Positions 1 through 13,897 of a DNA stretch of 64,000 nt are shown here, one piece after another. The DNA lies in NCBI RefSeq assembly GCF_021869535.1, contig NW_026262690.1, positions 186,001 to 250,000 on the forward strand, read 5' to 3'. The position numbers and the translations under genes are program-made. The notes under the pieces are model-generated. The model saw nothing but the letters and a program-made list of their open reading frames with translations. It made no database searches and was not told the origin of the DNA. Positions within the stretch are counted from its first letter, which is position 1; the number at the start of each line of letters is the position of its first letter. Source of the stretch: Mytilus californianus. Lineage: Eukaryota.

Positions 1-3000
1 TACCGAATGGGCCTAACTCCCAAAAAAAAACCTTCCAGTGGGTCCTTCCCAAAGTTATTACCTTTCATTTGAGCCATGTCCGGTAGCAAACTTTGCCGTA
101 CGAAGCTGGCGAAGCTTACCGAAAGAGTGTAAGGTGGAGACGTATTTTTTTCTATAACAACAACTTTGAAAATCTACAGATACCGAATGGGCCAAACTCC
201 CAAAAAAACCTTCCAGTGGACCCTTTCCTAAGTTATAACCTTTCATTTGAGCCATGTCCGGTAGCGAACTTTGCCGTATGAAGCTGGCGAGGCTTACCGA
301 AAGAGTGTAAGGTGGAGACGTATTTTTTTCTATAACAACAACTTTGAAAATCTACAGATACCGAATGGGCCTAATTCCCAAAAAAACCTTCCAGTGGCCC
401 TTTCCTAAGTTATAACCTTTCATTTGAGCCATGTCCGGTAGCGAACTTTGCCGTATGAAGCTGATGAGGCTTACAGAAAGAGTGTAAGGTGGAGACGTAT
501 TTTTTTTCTATAACAACAACTTTGAAAATCTACAAATACCGAATGGGCCTTACTCCCCCAAAAAACTTCCAGTGGGTCCTTCCCAAAGTTATTACCTTTC
601 ATTTGAGCCATGTCCGGTAGCAAACTTTGCCGTACGAAGCTGGCGAGGCTTACCGAAAGAGTGTAAGGTGGAGACGTACTTTTTTCTATAACAACAACTT
701 TAAAAACCTACAGATACCGAATGGGCCTAACTCCCAAAAAAAACCTTCCAGTGGGTCCTTCCCAAAGTTATAAGCTTTCATTTGAGCCATGTCCAGTAGC
801 AAACTTTGCCGTACGAAGCTGGCGAGGCTTACCGAAAGAGTGTAAGGTGGAGACGTATTTTTTTCTATAACAACAACTTTGAAAATCTACAGATACCGAA
901 TGGGCCTAACTCCCAAAAAAACCTTCCAGTGGGTCCTTCCCAAAGTTATTACCTTTCATTTGAGCCATGTCCGGTAGCAAACTTTGCCGTACGAAGCTGG
1001 CGAAGCTTACCGAAAGAATGTAAGGTGGAGACGTATTTTTTTCTATAACAACAACTTTGAAAATCTACAAATACCGAATGGGCCTAACTCCCAAAAAAAA
1101 CTTCCAGTGGGTCCTTCCCAACGTTATTACCTTTCATTTGAGCCATGTCCAGTAGCAAACTTTGCCGTACGAAGCTGGCGAGGCTTACCGAAAGAGTGTA
1201 AGGTGAAGACGTATTTTTTTCTATAACAACAACTTTGAAAATCTACAGATACCGAATGGGCCTAACTCCCAAAAAAAAACCTTCCAGTGGGTCCTTTCCA
1301 AAGTTATTACCTTTCATTTGAGCCATGTCCGGTAGCAAACTTTGCCGTACGAAGCTGGCGAAGCTTACCGAAAGAGTGTAAGGTGGAGACGTATTTTTTT
1401 CTATAACAACAACTTTGAAAATCTACAGATACCGAATGGGCCTAACTCCCAAAAAAAAACCTTCCAGTGGGTCCTTCCCAAAGTTATTACCTTTGATTTG
1501 AGCCATGTCCGGTAGCAAACTTTGCCGTACGAAGCTGGCGAGGCTTACCGAAAGAGTGTAAGGTGGAGACGTATTTTTTTCTATAACAACAACTTTGAAA
1601 ATCTACAAATACCGAATGGGCCTAACTCCCAAAAAAAAACTTCCAGTGGGTCCTTCCCAAAGTTATTACCTTTCATTTGAGCCATGTCCAGTAGCAAACT
1701 TTGCCGTACGAAGCTGGCGAAGCTTACCGAAAGAGTGTAAGGTGGAGACGTATTTTTTTCTATAACAACAACTTTGAAAATCTACAGATACCGAATGGGC
1801 CTAACTCCCAAAAAAAAACCTTCCAGTGGGTCCTTCCCAAAGTTATTACCTTCATTTGAGACATGTCCGGTAGCAAACTTTGCCGTACGAAGCTGGCGAG
1901 GCTTACCGAAAGAGTGTAAGGTGGAGACGTATTTTTTTCTATAACAACAACTTTGAAAATCTACAGATACCGAATGGGCCTAACTCCCAAAAAAACCTTC
2001 CAGTGGACCCTTTCCTAAGTTATAACCTTTCATTTGAGCCATGTCCGGTAGCGAACTTTGCCGTATGAAGCTGGCGAGGCTTACCGAAAGAGTGTAAGGT
2101 GGAGACGTATTTTTTTCTATAACAACAACTTTGAAAATCTACAGATACCGAATGGGCCTAACTCCCAAAAAAACCTTCCAGTGGGTCCTTCCCAAAGTTA
2201 TTACCTTTCATTTGAGCCATGTCCGGTAGCAAACTTTGCCGTACGAAGCTGGCGAGGCTTACCGAAAGAGTGTAAGGTGGAGACGTATTTTTTTCTATAA
2301 CAACAACTTTGAAAATCTACAAATACCGAATGGGCCTAACTCCCAAAAAAAAACTTCCAGTGGGTCCTTCCCAAAGTTATTACCTTTCATTTGAGCCATG
2401 TCCAGTAGCAAACTTTGCCGTACGAACCTGGCGAAGCTTACCGAAAGAGTGTAAGGTGGAGACGTATTTTTTTCTATAACAACAACTTTGAAAATCTACA
2501 GATACCGAATGGGCCTAACTCCCAAAAAAAAACCTTCCAGTGGGTCCTTCCCAAAGTTATTACCTTCATTTGAGCCATGTCCGGTAGCAAACTTTGCCGT
2601 ACGAAGCTGGCGAAGCTTACCGAAAGAGTGTAAGGTGGAGACGTATTTTTTTCTATAACAACAACTTTGAAAATCTACAGATACCGAATGGGCCAAACTC
2701 CCAAAAAAACCTTCCAGTGGACCCTTTCCTAAGTTATAACCTTTCATTTGAGCCATGTCCGGTAGCGAACTTTGCCGTATGAAGCTGGCGAGGCTTACCG
2801 AAAGAATGTAAGGTGGAGACGTATTTTTTTCTATAACAACAACTTTGAAAATCTACAGATACCGAATGGGCCTAACTCCCAAAAAAACCTTCCAGTGGGC
2901 CCTTTCCTAAGTTATAACCTTTCATTTGAGCCATGTCCGGTAGCGAACTTTGCCGTATGAAGCTGATGAGGCTTACCGAAAGAGTGTAAGGTGGAGACGT

Positions 3001-6000
3001 ATTTTTTTTCTATAACAACAACTTTGAAAATCTACAAATACCGAATGGGCCTTACTCCCCAAAAAAACTTCCAGTGGGTCCTTCCCAAAGTTATTACCTT
3101 TCATTTGAGCCATGTCCGGTAGCAAACTTTGCCGTACGAAGCTGGCGAGGCTTACCGAAAGAGTGTAAGGTGGAGACGTACTTTTTTCTATAACAACAAC
3201 TTTGAAAACCTACAGATACCGAATGGGCCTAACTCCCAAAAAAAACCTTCCAGTGGGTCCTTCCCAAAGTTATAACCTTTCATTTGAGCCATGTCCGGTA
3301 GCAAATTTTGCCGTACGAAGCTGGCGAGGCTTACCGAAAGAGTGTAAGGTGGAGACGTATTTTTTCTATAACAACAACTTTGAAAATCTACAAATACCGA
3401 ATGGGCCTAACTCCCAAAAAAACCTTCCAGTGGGTCCTTCCCAAAGTTATTACCTTTCATTTGAGCCATGTCCGGTAGCAAACTTTGCCGTACGAAGCTG
3501 GCGAAGCTTACCGAAAGAGTGTAAGGTGGAGACGTATTTTTTTCTATAACAACAACTTTGAAAATCTACAGATACCGAATGGGCCGAACTCCCAAAAAAA
3601 CCTTCCAGTGGACCCTTTCCTAAGTTATAACCTTTCATTTGAGCCATGTCCGGTAGCGAACTTTGCCGTATGAAGCTGGCGAGGCTTACCGAAAGAGTGT
3701 AAGGTGGAGACGTATTTTTTTCTATAACAACAACTTTGAAAATCTACAAATACCGAATGGGCCTAACTCCCAAAAAAAAATTCCAGTGGGTCCTTCCCAA
3801 AATTATAACCTTTCATTTGAGCCATGTCCGGTAGCAAACTTTGCCGTACGAAGCTGGCGAGGCTTACCGAAAGAGTGTGAGGTGAAGACGTATTTTTTTC
3901 TATAACAACAACTTTGAAAATCTACAGATACCGAATGGGCCTAACTCCCAAAAAAAAACCTTCCAGTGGGTCTTTTCCAAAGTTATTACCTTTCATTTGA
4001 GCCATGTCCGGTAGCAAACTTTGCCGTACGAAGCTGGCGAAGCTTACCGAAAGAGTGTAAGGTGGAGACGTATTTTTTTCTATAACAACAACTTTGAAAA
4101 TCTACAGATACCGAATGGGCCTAACTCCCAAAAAAACCTTCCAGTGGGCCCTTTCCTAAGTTATAACCTTTCATTTGAGCCATGTCCGGTAGCGAACTTT
4201 GCCGTATGAAGCTGATGAGGCTTACCGAAAGAGTGTAAGGTGGAGACGTATTTTTTTTCTATAACAACAACTTTGAAAATCTACAAATACCGAATGGGCC
4301 TTACTCCCCAAAAAAACTTCCAGTGGGTCCTTTCCAAAGTTATTACCTTTCATTTGAGCCATGTCCGGTAGCAAACTTTGCCGTACGAAGCTGGCGAGGC
4401 TTACCGAAAGAGTGTAAGGTGGAGACGTATTTTTTTCTATAACAACAACTTTGAAAACCTACAGATACCGAATGGGCCTAACTCCCAAAAAAAACCTTCC
4501 AGTGGGTCCTTCCCAAAGTTATAAGCTTTCATTTGAGCCATGTCCGGTAGCAAACTTTGCCGTACGAAGCTGGCGAGGCTTACCGAAAGAGTGTAAGGTG
4601 GAGACGTATTTTTTCTATAACAACAACTTTGAAAATCTACAAATACCGAATGGCCCTTACTCCCAAAAAAAACTTCCAGTGGGTCCTTCCCAAAGTTATT
4701 ACCTTTCATTTGAGCCATGTCCGGTAGCAAACTTTGCCGTACGAAGCTGGCGAAGCTTACCGAAAGAGTGTAAGGTGGAGACGTATTTTTTTCTATAACA
4801 ACAACTTTGAAAATCTACAAATACCGAATGGGCATAACTCCCAAAAAAAACTTCCAGTGGGTCCTTCCCAAAGTTATTACCTTTCATTTGAGCCATGTCC
4901 GGTAGCAAACTTTGCCGTACGAAGCTGGCGAGGCTTACCGAAAGAGTGTAAGGTGGAGACGTATTTTTTTCTATAACAACAACTTTGAAAATCTACAAAT
5001 ACCGAATGGGCCTAACTCCCAAAAAAAACTTCCAGTGGGTCCTTCCCAAAGTTATTACCTTTCATTTGAGCCATGTCCGGTAGCAAACTTTGCCGTACGA
5101 AGCTGGCGAAGCTTACCGAAAGAGTGTAAGGTGGAGACGTATTTTTTTCTATAACAACAACTTTGAAAATCTACAGATACCGAATGGGCCTAACTCCCAA
5201 AAAAACCTTCCAGTGGGCCCTTTTCCTAGTTATAACCTTTCATTTGAGCTATGTCCGGTAGCGAACTTTGCCGTATGAAGCTGGCGAAGCTTACCGAAAG
5301 AGTGTAAGGTGGAGACGTATTTTTTTCTATAACAACAACTTTGAAAATCTACAAATACCGAATGGGCCTTACTCCCCAAAAAAACTTCCAGTGGGTCCTT
5401 CCCAAAGTTAATACCTTTCATTTGAGCCATGTCCGGTAGCAAACTTTGCCGTACGAAGCTGGCGAGGCTTACCGAAAGAGTGTAAGGTGGAGACGTATTT
5501 TTTTCTATAACAACAACTTTGAAAATCTACAAATACCGAATGGGCCTAACTCCCAAAAAAACCTTCCAGTGGGTCCTTCCCAAAGTTATTACCTTTCATT
5601 TGAGCTATGTCCGGTAGCGAACTTTGCCGTATGAAGCTGGCGATGCTTACAGAAAGAGTGTAAGGTGGAGACGTATTTTTTTCTATAACAACAACTTTGA
5701 AAATCTACAAATACCGAATGGGCCTAACTCCCAAAAAAACCTTCCAGTGGGCCCTTTCCTAAGTTATAACCTTTCATTTGAGCTATGTCCGGTAGCGAAC
5801 TTTGCCGTATGAAGCTGGCGATGCTTACCGAAAGAGTGTAAGGTGGAGACGTATTTTTTTCTATAACAACAACTTTGAAAATCTACAAATACCGAATGGG
5901 CCTAACTCCCAAAAAAACCTTCCAGTGGGCCCTTTCCTAAGTTATTACCTTTCATTTGAGCCATGTCCGGTAGCGAACTTTGCCTTATGAAGCTGGCGAG

Positions 6001-9000
6001 GCTTACCGAAAGAGTGTAAGGTGGAGACGTATTTTTTTCTATAACAACAACTTTGAAAATCTACAAATACCGAATGGGCTTAACTCCCAAAAAAAACTTC
6101 CAGTGGGTCCTGCCCAAAGTTATTACCTTTCATTTGAGCCATGTCCGATAGCAAACTTTGCCGTACGAAGCTGGCGAAGCTTACCGAAAGAGTGTAAGGT
6201 GGAGACGTATTTTTTTCTATAACAACAACTTTGAAAATCTACAAATACCGAATGGGCCTAACTCCCAAAAAAACCTTCCAGTGGGTCCTTTCCAAAGTTA
6301 TTACCTTTCATTTGAGCCATGTCCGGTAGCGAACTTTGCCTAATGAAGCTGGCGAGGCTTACCGAAAGAGTGTAAGGTGGAAACGTATTTTTTTCTATAA
6401 CAACAACTTTGAAAATCTACAAATACCGAATGGGCCTAACTCCCTAAAAAAACCTCCAGTGGGTCCTTCCCAAAGTTATTACCTTTCATTTGAGCCATGT
6501 CCGGTAGCAAACTTTGCCGTACGAAGCTGGCGAGGCTTACCGAAAGAGTGTAAGGTGGAGACGTGTTTTTTTCTATAACAACAACTTTGAAAATCTACAA
6601 ATACCGAATGGAAATAACTCCCAAAAAAAACCTTCCAGTGGGCCCTTTCCTAAGTTATAACCTTTCATTTGAGCTATGTCCGGTAGCGAACTTTGCCGTA
6701 TGAAGCTGGCGATGCTTACCGAAAGAGTGTAAGGTGGAGACGTATTTTTTTCTATAACAACAACTTTGAAAATCTACAAATACCGAATGGGCCTAACTCC
6801 CAAAAAAAACTTCCAGTGGGTCCTTCCCAAAGTTATTACCTTTCATTTGAGCCATGTCCGGTAGCAAACTTTGCCGTACGAAGCTGGCGAAGCTTACCGA
6901 AAGAGTGTAAAGTGGAGACGTATTTTTTTCTATAACAACAACTTTGAAAATCTACAGATACCGAATGGGCCTAACTCCCAAAAAAACCTTCCAGTTGGCC
7001 CTTTCCTAAGTTATAACCTTTCATTTGAGCCATGTCCGGTAGCGAACTTTGCCTTATGAAGCTGGCGAGCTTACCGAAAGAGTGTAAGGTGGAGACGTAT
7101 TTTTTTCTATAACAACAACTTTGAAAATCTACAAATACCGAATGGGCCTAACTCCCAAGAAAACCTTCCAGTGGGTCCTTTCCAAAGTTATAACCTTTCA
7201 TTTGAGCTATGTCCGGTAGCGAACTTTGCCGTACGAAGCTGGCGAGGCTTACCGAAAGAGTGTAAGGTGGAGACGTATTTTTTTCTATAACAACAACTTT
7301 GAAAATCTACAAATACCGAATGGGCCTAACTCCCAACAAAAACCTCCAGTGGGTCCTTCCCAAAGTTATTACCTTTCATTTGAGCCATGTCCAGTAGCAT
7401 ACTTTGCCGTACGAAGCTGGCGAGGCTTACCGAAAGAGTGTAAGGTGGAGACGTATTTTTTTCTATAACAACAACTTTGAAAATCTACAAATACCGAATG
7501 GGCCTAACTCCCAAAAAAACCTTCCAGTGGGTCCTTTCCAAAGTTATTACCTTTCATTTGAGCCATGTCCGGTAGCGAACTTTGCCTAATGAAGCTGGCG
7601 AGGCTTACCGAAAGAGTGTAAGGTGGAGACGTATTTTTTTCTATAACAACAACTTTGAAAATCTACAAATACCGAATGGGCCTAACTCCCTAAAAAAACC
7701 TCCAGTGGGTCCTTCCCAAAGTTATTACCTTTCATTTGAGCCATGTCCGGTAGCAAACTTTGCCGTACGAAGCTGGCGAGGCTTACCGAAAGAGTGTAAG
7801 GTGGAGACGTATTTTTTTCTATAACAACAACTTTGAAAATCTACAGATACCGAATGGGCCTAACTCCCAAAAAAAACCTTCCAGTGGATCCTTCCCAAAG
7901 TTATTACCTTTCATTTGAGCCATGTCCGGTAGCAAACTTTGCCGTACGAAGCTGGCGAGGCTTACCGAAAGAGTGTAAGGTGGAGACGTATTTTTTTCTA
8001 TAACAACAACTTTGAAAATCTACAAATACCGAATGGGCCTAACTCCCAAAAAAAACTTCCAGTGGGTCCTTCCCAAAGTTATTACCTTTCATTTGAGCCA
8101 TGTCCGGTAGCAAACTTTGCCGTACGAAGCTGGCGAAGCTTACCGAAAGAGTGTAAGGTGGAGACGTATTTTTTTCTATAACAACAATTTTGAAAATCTA
8201 CAGATACCGAATGGGCCTAACTCCCAAAAAAACCTTCCAGTGGGCCCTTTCCCTAGTTATAACCTTTCATTTGAGCCATGTCCGGTAGCGAACTTTGCCG
8301 TATGAAGCTGGCGATGCTTACCGAAAGAGTGTAAGGTGAAGACGTATTTTTTTCTATAACAACAACTTTGAAAATCTACAAATAACGAATGGGCCTTACC
8401 CCCCAAAAAAAATTCCAGTGGGTCCTTCCCAAAGTTATCACCTTTCATTTGAGCCATGTCCGGTAGCAAACTTTGCCGTACGAAGCTGGCGAGGCTTACC
8501 GAAAGAGTGTAAGGTGGAGACGTATTTTTTTCTATAACAACAACTTTGAAAATCTACAAATACCGAATGGGCCTAACTCCCAAAAAAACCTTCCAGTGGG
8601 TCCTTTCCAAAGTTATTACCTTTCATTTGAGCTATGTCCGGTAGCGAACTTTGCCGTATGAAGCTGGCGATGCTTACCGAAAGAGTGTAAGGTGGAGACG
8701 TGTTTTTTTCTATAACAACAACTTTGAAAATCTACAAATACCGAATGGAAATAACTCCCAAAAAAAACCTTCCAGTGGGCCCTTTCCTAAGTTATAACCT
8801 TTCATTTGAGCTATGTCCGGTAGCGAACTTTGCCGTATGAAGCTGGCGATGCTTACCGAAAGAGTGTAAGGTGGAGACGTATTTTTTTCTATAACAACAA
8901 CTTTGAAAATCTACAAATACCGAATGGGCCTAACTCCCAAAAAAAACTTCCAGTGGGTCCTTCCCAAAGTTATTACCTTTCATTTGAGCCATGTCCGGTA

Positions 9001-12000
9001 GCAAACTTTGCCGTACGAAGCTGGCGAAGCTTACCGAAAGAGTGTAAGGTGGAGACGTATTTTTTTCTATAACAACAATTTTGAAAATCTACAGATACCG
9101 AATGGGCCTAACTCCCAAAAAAACCTTCCAGTGGGCCCTTTCCCTAGTTATAACCTTTCATTTGAGCCATGTCCGGTAGCGAACTTTGCCGTATGAAGCT
9201 GGCGATGCTTACCGAAAGAGTGTAAGGTGAAGACGTATTTTTTTCTATAACAACAACTTTGAAAATCTACAAATAACGAATGGGCCTTACCCCCCAAAAA
9301 AAATTCCAGTGGGTCCTTCCCAAAGTTATCACCTTTCATTTGAGCCATGTCCGGTAGCAAACTTTGCCGTACGAAGCTGGCGAGGCTTACCGAAAGAGTG
9401 TAAGGTGGAGACGTATTTTTTTCTATAACAACAACTTTGAAAATCTACAAATACCGAATGGGCCTAACTCCCAAAAAAACCTTCCAGTGGGTCCTTTCCA
9501 AAGTTATTACCTTTCATTTGAGCTATGTCCGGTAGCGAACTTTGCCGTATGAAGCTGGCGATGCTTACCGAAAGAGTGTAAGGTGGAGACGTGTTTTTTT
9601 CTATAACAACAACTTTGAAAATCTACAAATACCGAATGGAAATAACTCCCAAAAAAAACCTTCCAGTGGGCCCTTTCCTAAGTTATAACCTTTCATTTGA
9701 GCCATGTCCGGTAGCGAACTTTGCCTTATGAAGCTGGCGAGCTTACCGAAAGAGTGTAAGGTGGAGACGTATTTTTTTCTATAACAACAACTTTGAAAAT
9801 CTACAAATACCGAATGGGCCTAACTCCCAAAAAAAACTTCCAGTGGGTCCTTCCCAAAGTTATTACCTTTCATTTGAGCCATGTCCGGTAGCAAACTTTG
9901 CCGTACGAAGCTGGCGAGGCTTACCGAAAGAGTGTAAGGTGGAGACGTATTTTTTTCTATAACAACAACTTTGAAAATCTACAAATACCGAATGGGCCTA
10001 ACTCCCAACAAAAACCTCCAGTGGGTCCTTCCCAAAGTTATTACCTTTCATTTGAGCCATGTCCAGTAGCAAACTTTGCCGTACGAAGCTGGCGAGGCTT
10101 ACCGAAAGAGTGTAAGGTGGAGACGTATTTTTTTCTATAACAACAACTTTGAAAATCTACAGATACCGAATGGGCCTAACTCCCAAAAAAAAACCTTCCA
10201 GTGGGTCCTTTCCAAAGTTATTACCTTTCATTTGAGCCATGTCCGGTAGCAAACTTTGCCGTACGAAGCTGGCGAGGCTTACCGAAAGAGTGTAAGGTGG
10301 AGACGTATTTTTTTCTATAACAACAACTTTGAAAATCTACAAATACCGAATGGGCCTAACTCCCCAAAAAAACTTCCAGTGGGTCCTTCCCAAAGTTATT
10401 ACCTTTCATTTGAGCCATGTCCGGTAGCAAACTTTGCCGTACGAAGCTGGCGAAGCTTACCGAAAGAGTGTAAGGTTGGAGACGTATTTTTTTCTATAAC
10501 AACAACTTTGAAAATCTACAGATACCGAATGGGCCTAACTCCCAAAAAAACCTCCCAGTGGGCCCTTTCCTAAGTTATAACCTTTCATTTGAGCTATGTC
10601 CGGTAGCGAACTTTTCCGTATGAAGCTGGCGATGCTTACCGAAAGAGTGTAAGGTGGAGACGTATTTTTTTCTATAACAACAACTTTGAAAATCTACAAA
10701 TACCGAATGGGCCTAACTCCCAAAAAAAACTTCCAGTGGGTCCTTCCCAAAGTTATTACCTTTCATTTGAGCCATGTCCGGTAGCAAACTTTGCCGTACG
10801 AAGCTGGCAAGGCTTACCGAAAGAGTGTAAGGTGGAGACGTTTTTTTTTCTATAACAACAACTTTGAAAATCTACAAATACCGAATGGGCCTAACTCCCA
10901 AAAAAAACTTCCAGTGGGTCCTTCCCAAAGTTATTACCTTTCATTTGAGCCATGTCCGGTAGCAAACTTTGCCGTACGAAGCTGGCGCAGCTTACCGAAA
11001 GAGTGTAAGGTGGAGACATATTTTTTTCTATAACAACAACTTTGAAAATCTACAGATACCGAATGGGCCTAACTCCCAAAAAAACCTTCCAGTGGGCCCT
11101 TTCCTAAGTTATAACCTTTCATTTGAGCCATGTCCGGTAGAGAACTTTGCCGTATGAAGCTGGCGAGGCTTACCGAAAGAGTGTAAGGTGGAGACGTATT
11201 TTTTTCTATAACAACAACTTTGAAAATCTACAAATACCGAATGGGCATAACTCCCAAAAAAAACTTCCAGTGGGTCCTTCCCAAAGTTATTACCTTTCAT
11301 TTGAGCCATGTCCGGTAGCAAACTTTGCCGTACGAAGCTGGCAAGGCTTACCGAAAGAGTGTAAGGTGGAGACGTATTTTTTTCTATAACAACAACTTTG
11401 AAAATCTACAAATACCGAATGGGCCTAACTCCCAAAAAAAACTTCCAGTGGGTCCTTCCCAAAGTTATTACCTTTCATTTGAGCCATGTCCGGTAGCAAA
11501 CTTTGCCGTACGAAGCTGGCGAGGCTTACCGGAAGAGTGTAAGGTGGAGACGTATTTTTTTCTATAACAACAACTTTGAAAATCTACAGATACCGAATGG
11601 GCCTAACTCCCAAAAAAACCTTCCAGTGGGCCCTTTCCTAAGTTATTACCTTTCATTTGAGCCATGTCCGGTAGCGAACTTTGCCGTATGAAGCTGGCGA
11701 GGCTTACCGAAAGAGTTTAAGGTGGAGACGTATTTTTTTCTATAACAACAACTTTGAAAATCTACAAATACCGAATGGGCCTAACTCCCAAAAAAACCTT
11801 CCAGTGGGTCCTTCCCAAAGTTATTACCTTTCATTTGAGCCATGTCCGGTAGCAAACTTTGCCGTACGAAGCTGGCGAGGCTTACCGAAAGAGTGTAAGG
11901 TGGAGACATATTTTTTTCTATAACAACAACTTTGAAAATCTACAGATACCGAATGGGCCTAACTCCCAAAAAAACCTTCCAGTGGGTCCTTCCCAAAGTT

Positions 12001-13897
12001 ATTACCTTTCATTTGAGCCATGTCCGGTAGCAAACTTTGCCGTACGAAGCTGGCGAGGCTTACCGAAAGAGTGTAAGGTTGGAGACGTATTTTATTCTAT
12101 AACAACAACTTTGAAAATCTACAAATACCGAATGGGCCGGACTCCCAAAAAAAACTTCCAGTGGGTCCTTCCCAAAGTTATTACCTTTCATTTGAGCCAT
12201 GTCCGGTAGCAAACTTTGCCGTACGAAGCTGGCGTGGCTTACCGAAAGAGTGTAAGGTGGAGACGTATTTTTTTCTATAACAACAACTTTGAAAATCTAC
12301 AAATACCGAATGGGCCTAACTCCCAAAAAAAACTTCCAGTGGGTCCTTCCCAAAGTTATTACCTTTCATTTGAGCCATGTCCGGTAGCAAACTTTGCCGT
12401 ACGAAGCTGGCAAGGCTTACCGAAAGAGTGTAAGGTGGAGACGTTTTTTTTTCTATAACAACAACTTTGAAAATCTACAAATACCGAATGGGCCTAACTC
12501 CCAAAAAAAACTTCCAGTGGGTCCTTCCCAAAGTTATTACCTTTCATTTGAGCCATGTCCGGTAGCAAACTTTGCCGTACGAAGCTGGCGCAGCTTACCG
12601 AAAGAGTGTAAGGTGGAGACATATTTTTTTCTATAACAACAACTTTGAAAATCTACAGATACCGAATGGGCCTAACTCCCAAAAAAACCTTCCAGTGGGC
12701 CCTTTCCTAAGTTATAACCTTTCATTTGAGCCATGTCCGGTAGAGAACTTTGCCGTATGAAGCTGGCGAGGCTTACCGAAAGAGTGTAAGGTGGAGACGT
12801 ATTTTTTTCTATAACAACAACTTTGAAAATCTACAAATACCGAATGGGCATAACTCCCAAAAAAAACTTCCAGTGGGTCCTTCCCAAAGTTATTACCTTT
12901 CATTTGAGCCATGTCCGGTAGCAAACTTTGCCGTACGAAGCTGGCAAGGCTTACCGAAAGAGTGTAAGGTGGAGACGTATTTTTTTCTATAACAACAACT
13001 TTGAAAATCTACAAATACCGAATGGGCCTAACTCCCAAAAAAAACTTCCAGTGGGTCCTTCCCAAAGTTATTACCTTTCATTTGAGCCATGTCCGGTAGC
13101 AAACTTTGCCGTACGAAGCTGGCGAGGCTTACCGGAAGAGTGTAAGGTGGAGACGTATTTTTTTCTATAACAACAACTTTGAAAATCTACAGATACCGAA
13201 TGGGCCTAACTCCCAAAAAAACCTTCCAGTGGGCCCTTTCCAAAGTTATTACCTTTCATTTGAGCCATGTCCGGTAGCGAACTTTGCCGTATGAAGCTGG
13301 CGAGGCTTACCGAAAGAGTGTAAGGTGGAGACGTATTTTTTTCTATAACAACAACTTTGAAAATCTACAAATACCGAATGGGCCTAACTCCCAAAAAAAC
13401 CTTCCAGTGGGTCCTTCCCAAAGTTATTACCTTTCATTTGAGCCATGTCCGGTAGCAAACTTTGCCGTACGAAGCTGGCGAGGCTTACCGAAAGAGTGTA
13501 AGGTGGAGACATATTTTTTTCTATAACAACAACTTTGAAAATCTACAGATACCGAATGGGCCTAACTCCCAAAAAAACCTTCCAGTGGGTCCTTCCCAAA
13601 GTTATTACCTTTCATTTGAGCCATGTCCGGTAGCAAACTTTGCCGTACGAAGCTGGCGAGGCTTACCGAAAGAGTGTAAGGTGGAGACGTATTTTATTCT
13701 ATAACAACAACTTTGAAAATCTACAAATACCGAATGGGCCGGACTCCCAAAAAAAACTTCCAGTGGGTCCTTTCCAAAGTTATTACCTTTCATTTGAGCC
13801 ATGTCCGGTAGCAAACTTTGCCGTACGAAGCTGGCGAGGCTTACCGAAAGAGTGTAAGGTGGAGACGTATTTTTTTCTATAACAACAACTTTGAAAA
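1..13897 (+). repeat. 178-bp tandem satellite DNA, subfamily A (~78 monomers; continues beyond window start)
   Basis: Head-to-tail monomer taccgaatgggcctaactcc-c(A)n-ccttccagtgggtccttcccaaagttattacctttcatttgagccatgtccggtagcaaactttgccgtacgaagctggcgaggcttaccgaaagagtgtaaggtggagacgta(T)n-ctataacaacaactttgaaaatctacaga. ORF starts recur every 178-179 bp. The array ends abruptly at ...ttgaaaa 13897. Some monomers carry GGGCCC (ApaI site); a link to the described Mytilus ApaI satellite is unverified. Confidence 0.98.

Noticed and set aside
58-13882. Dozens of 60-116-aa ORFs (MPYEAGEAY..., MAQMKG...) and similar ones at 23914-26187
   Set aside because: They are translations of satellite monomers with non-ATG starts, broken by homopolymer slippage. 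No coding signal.
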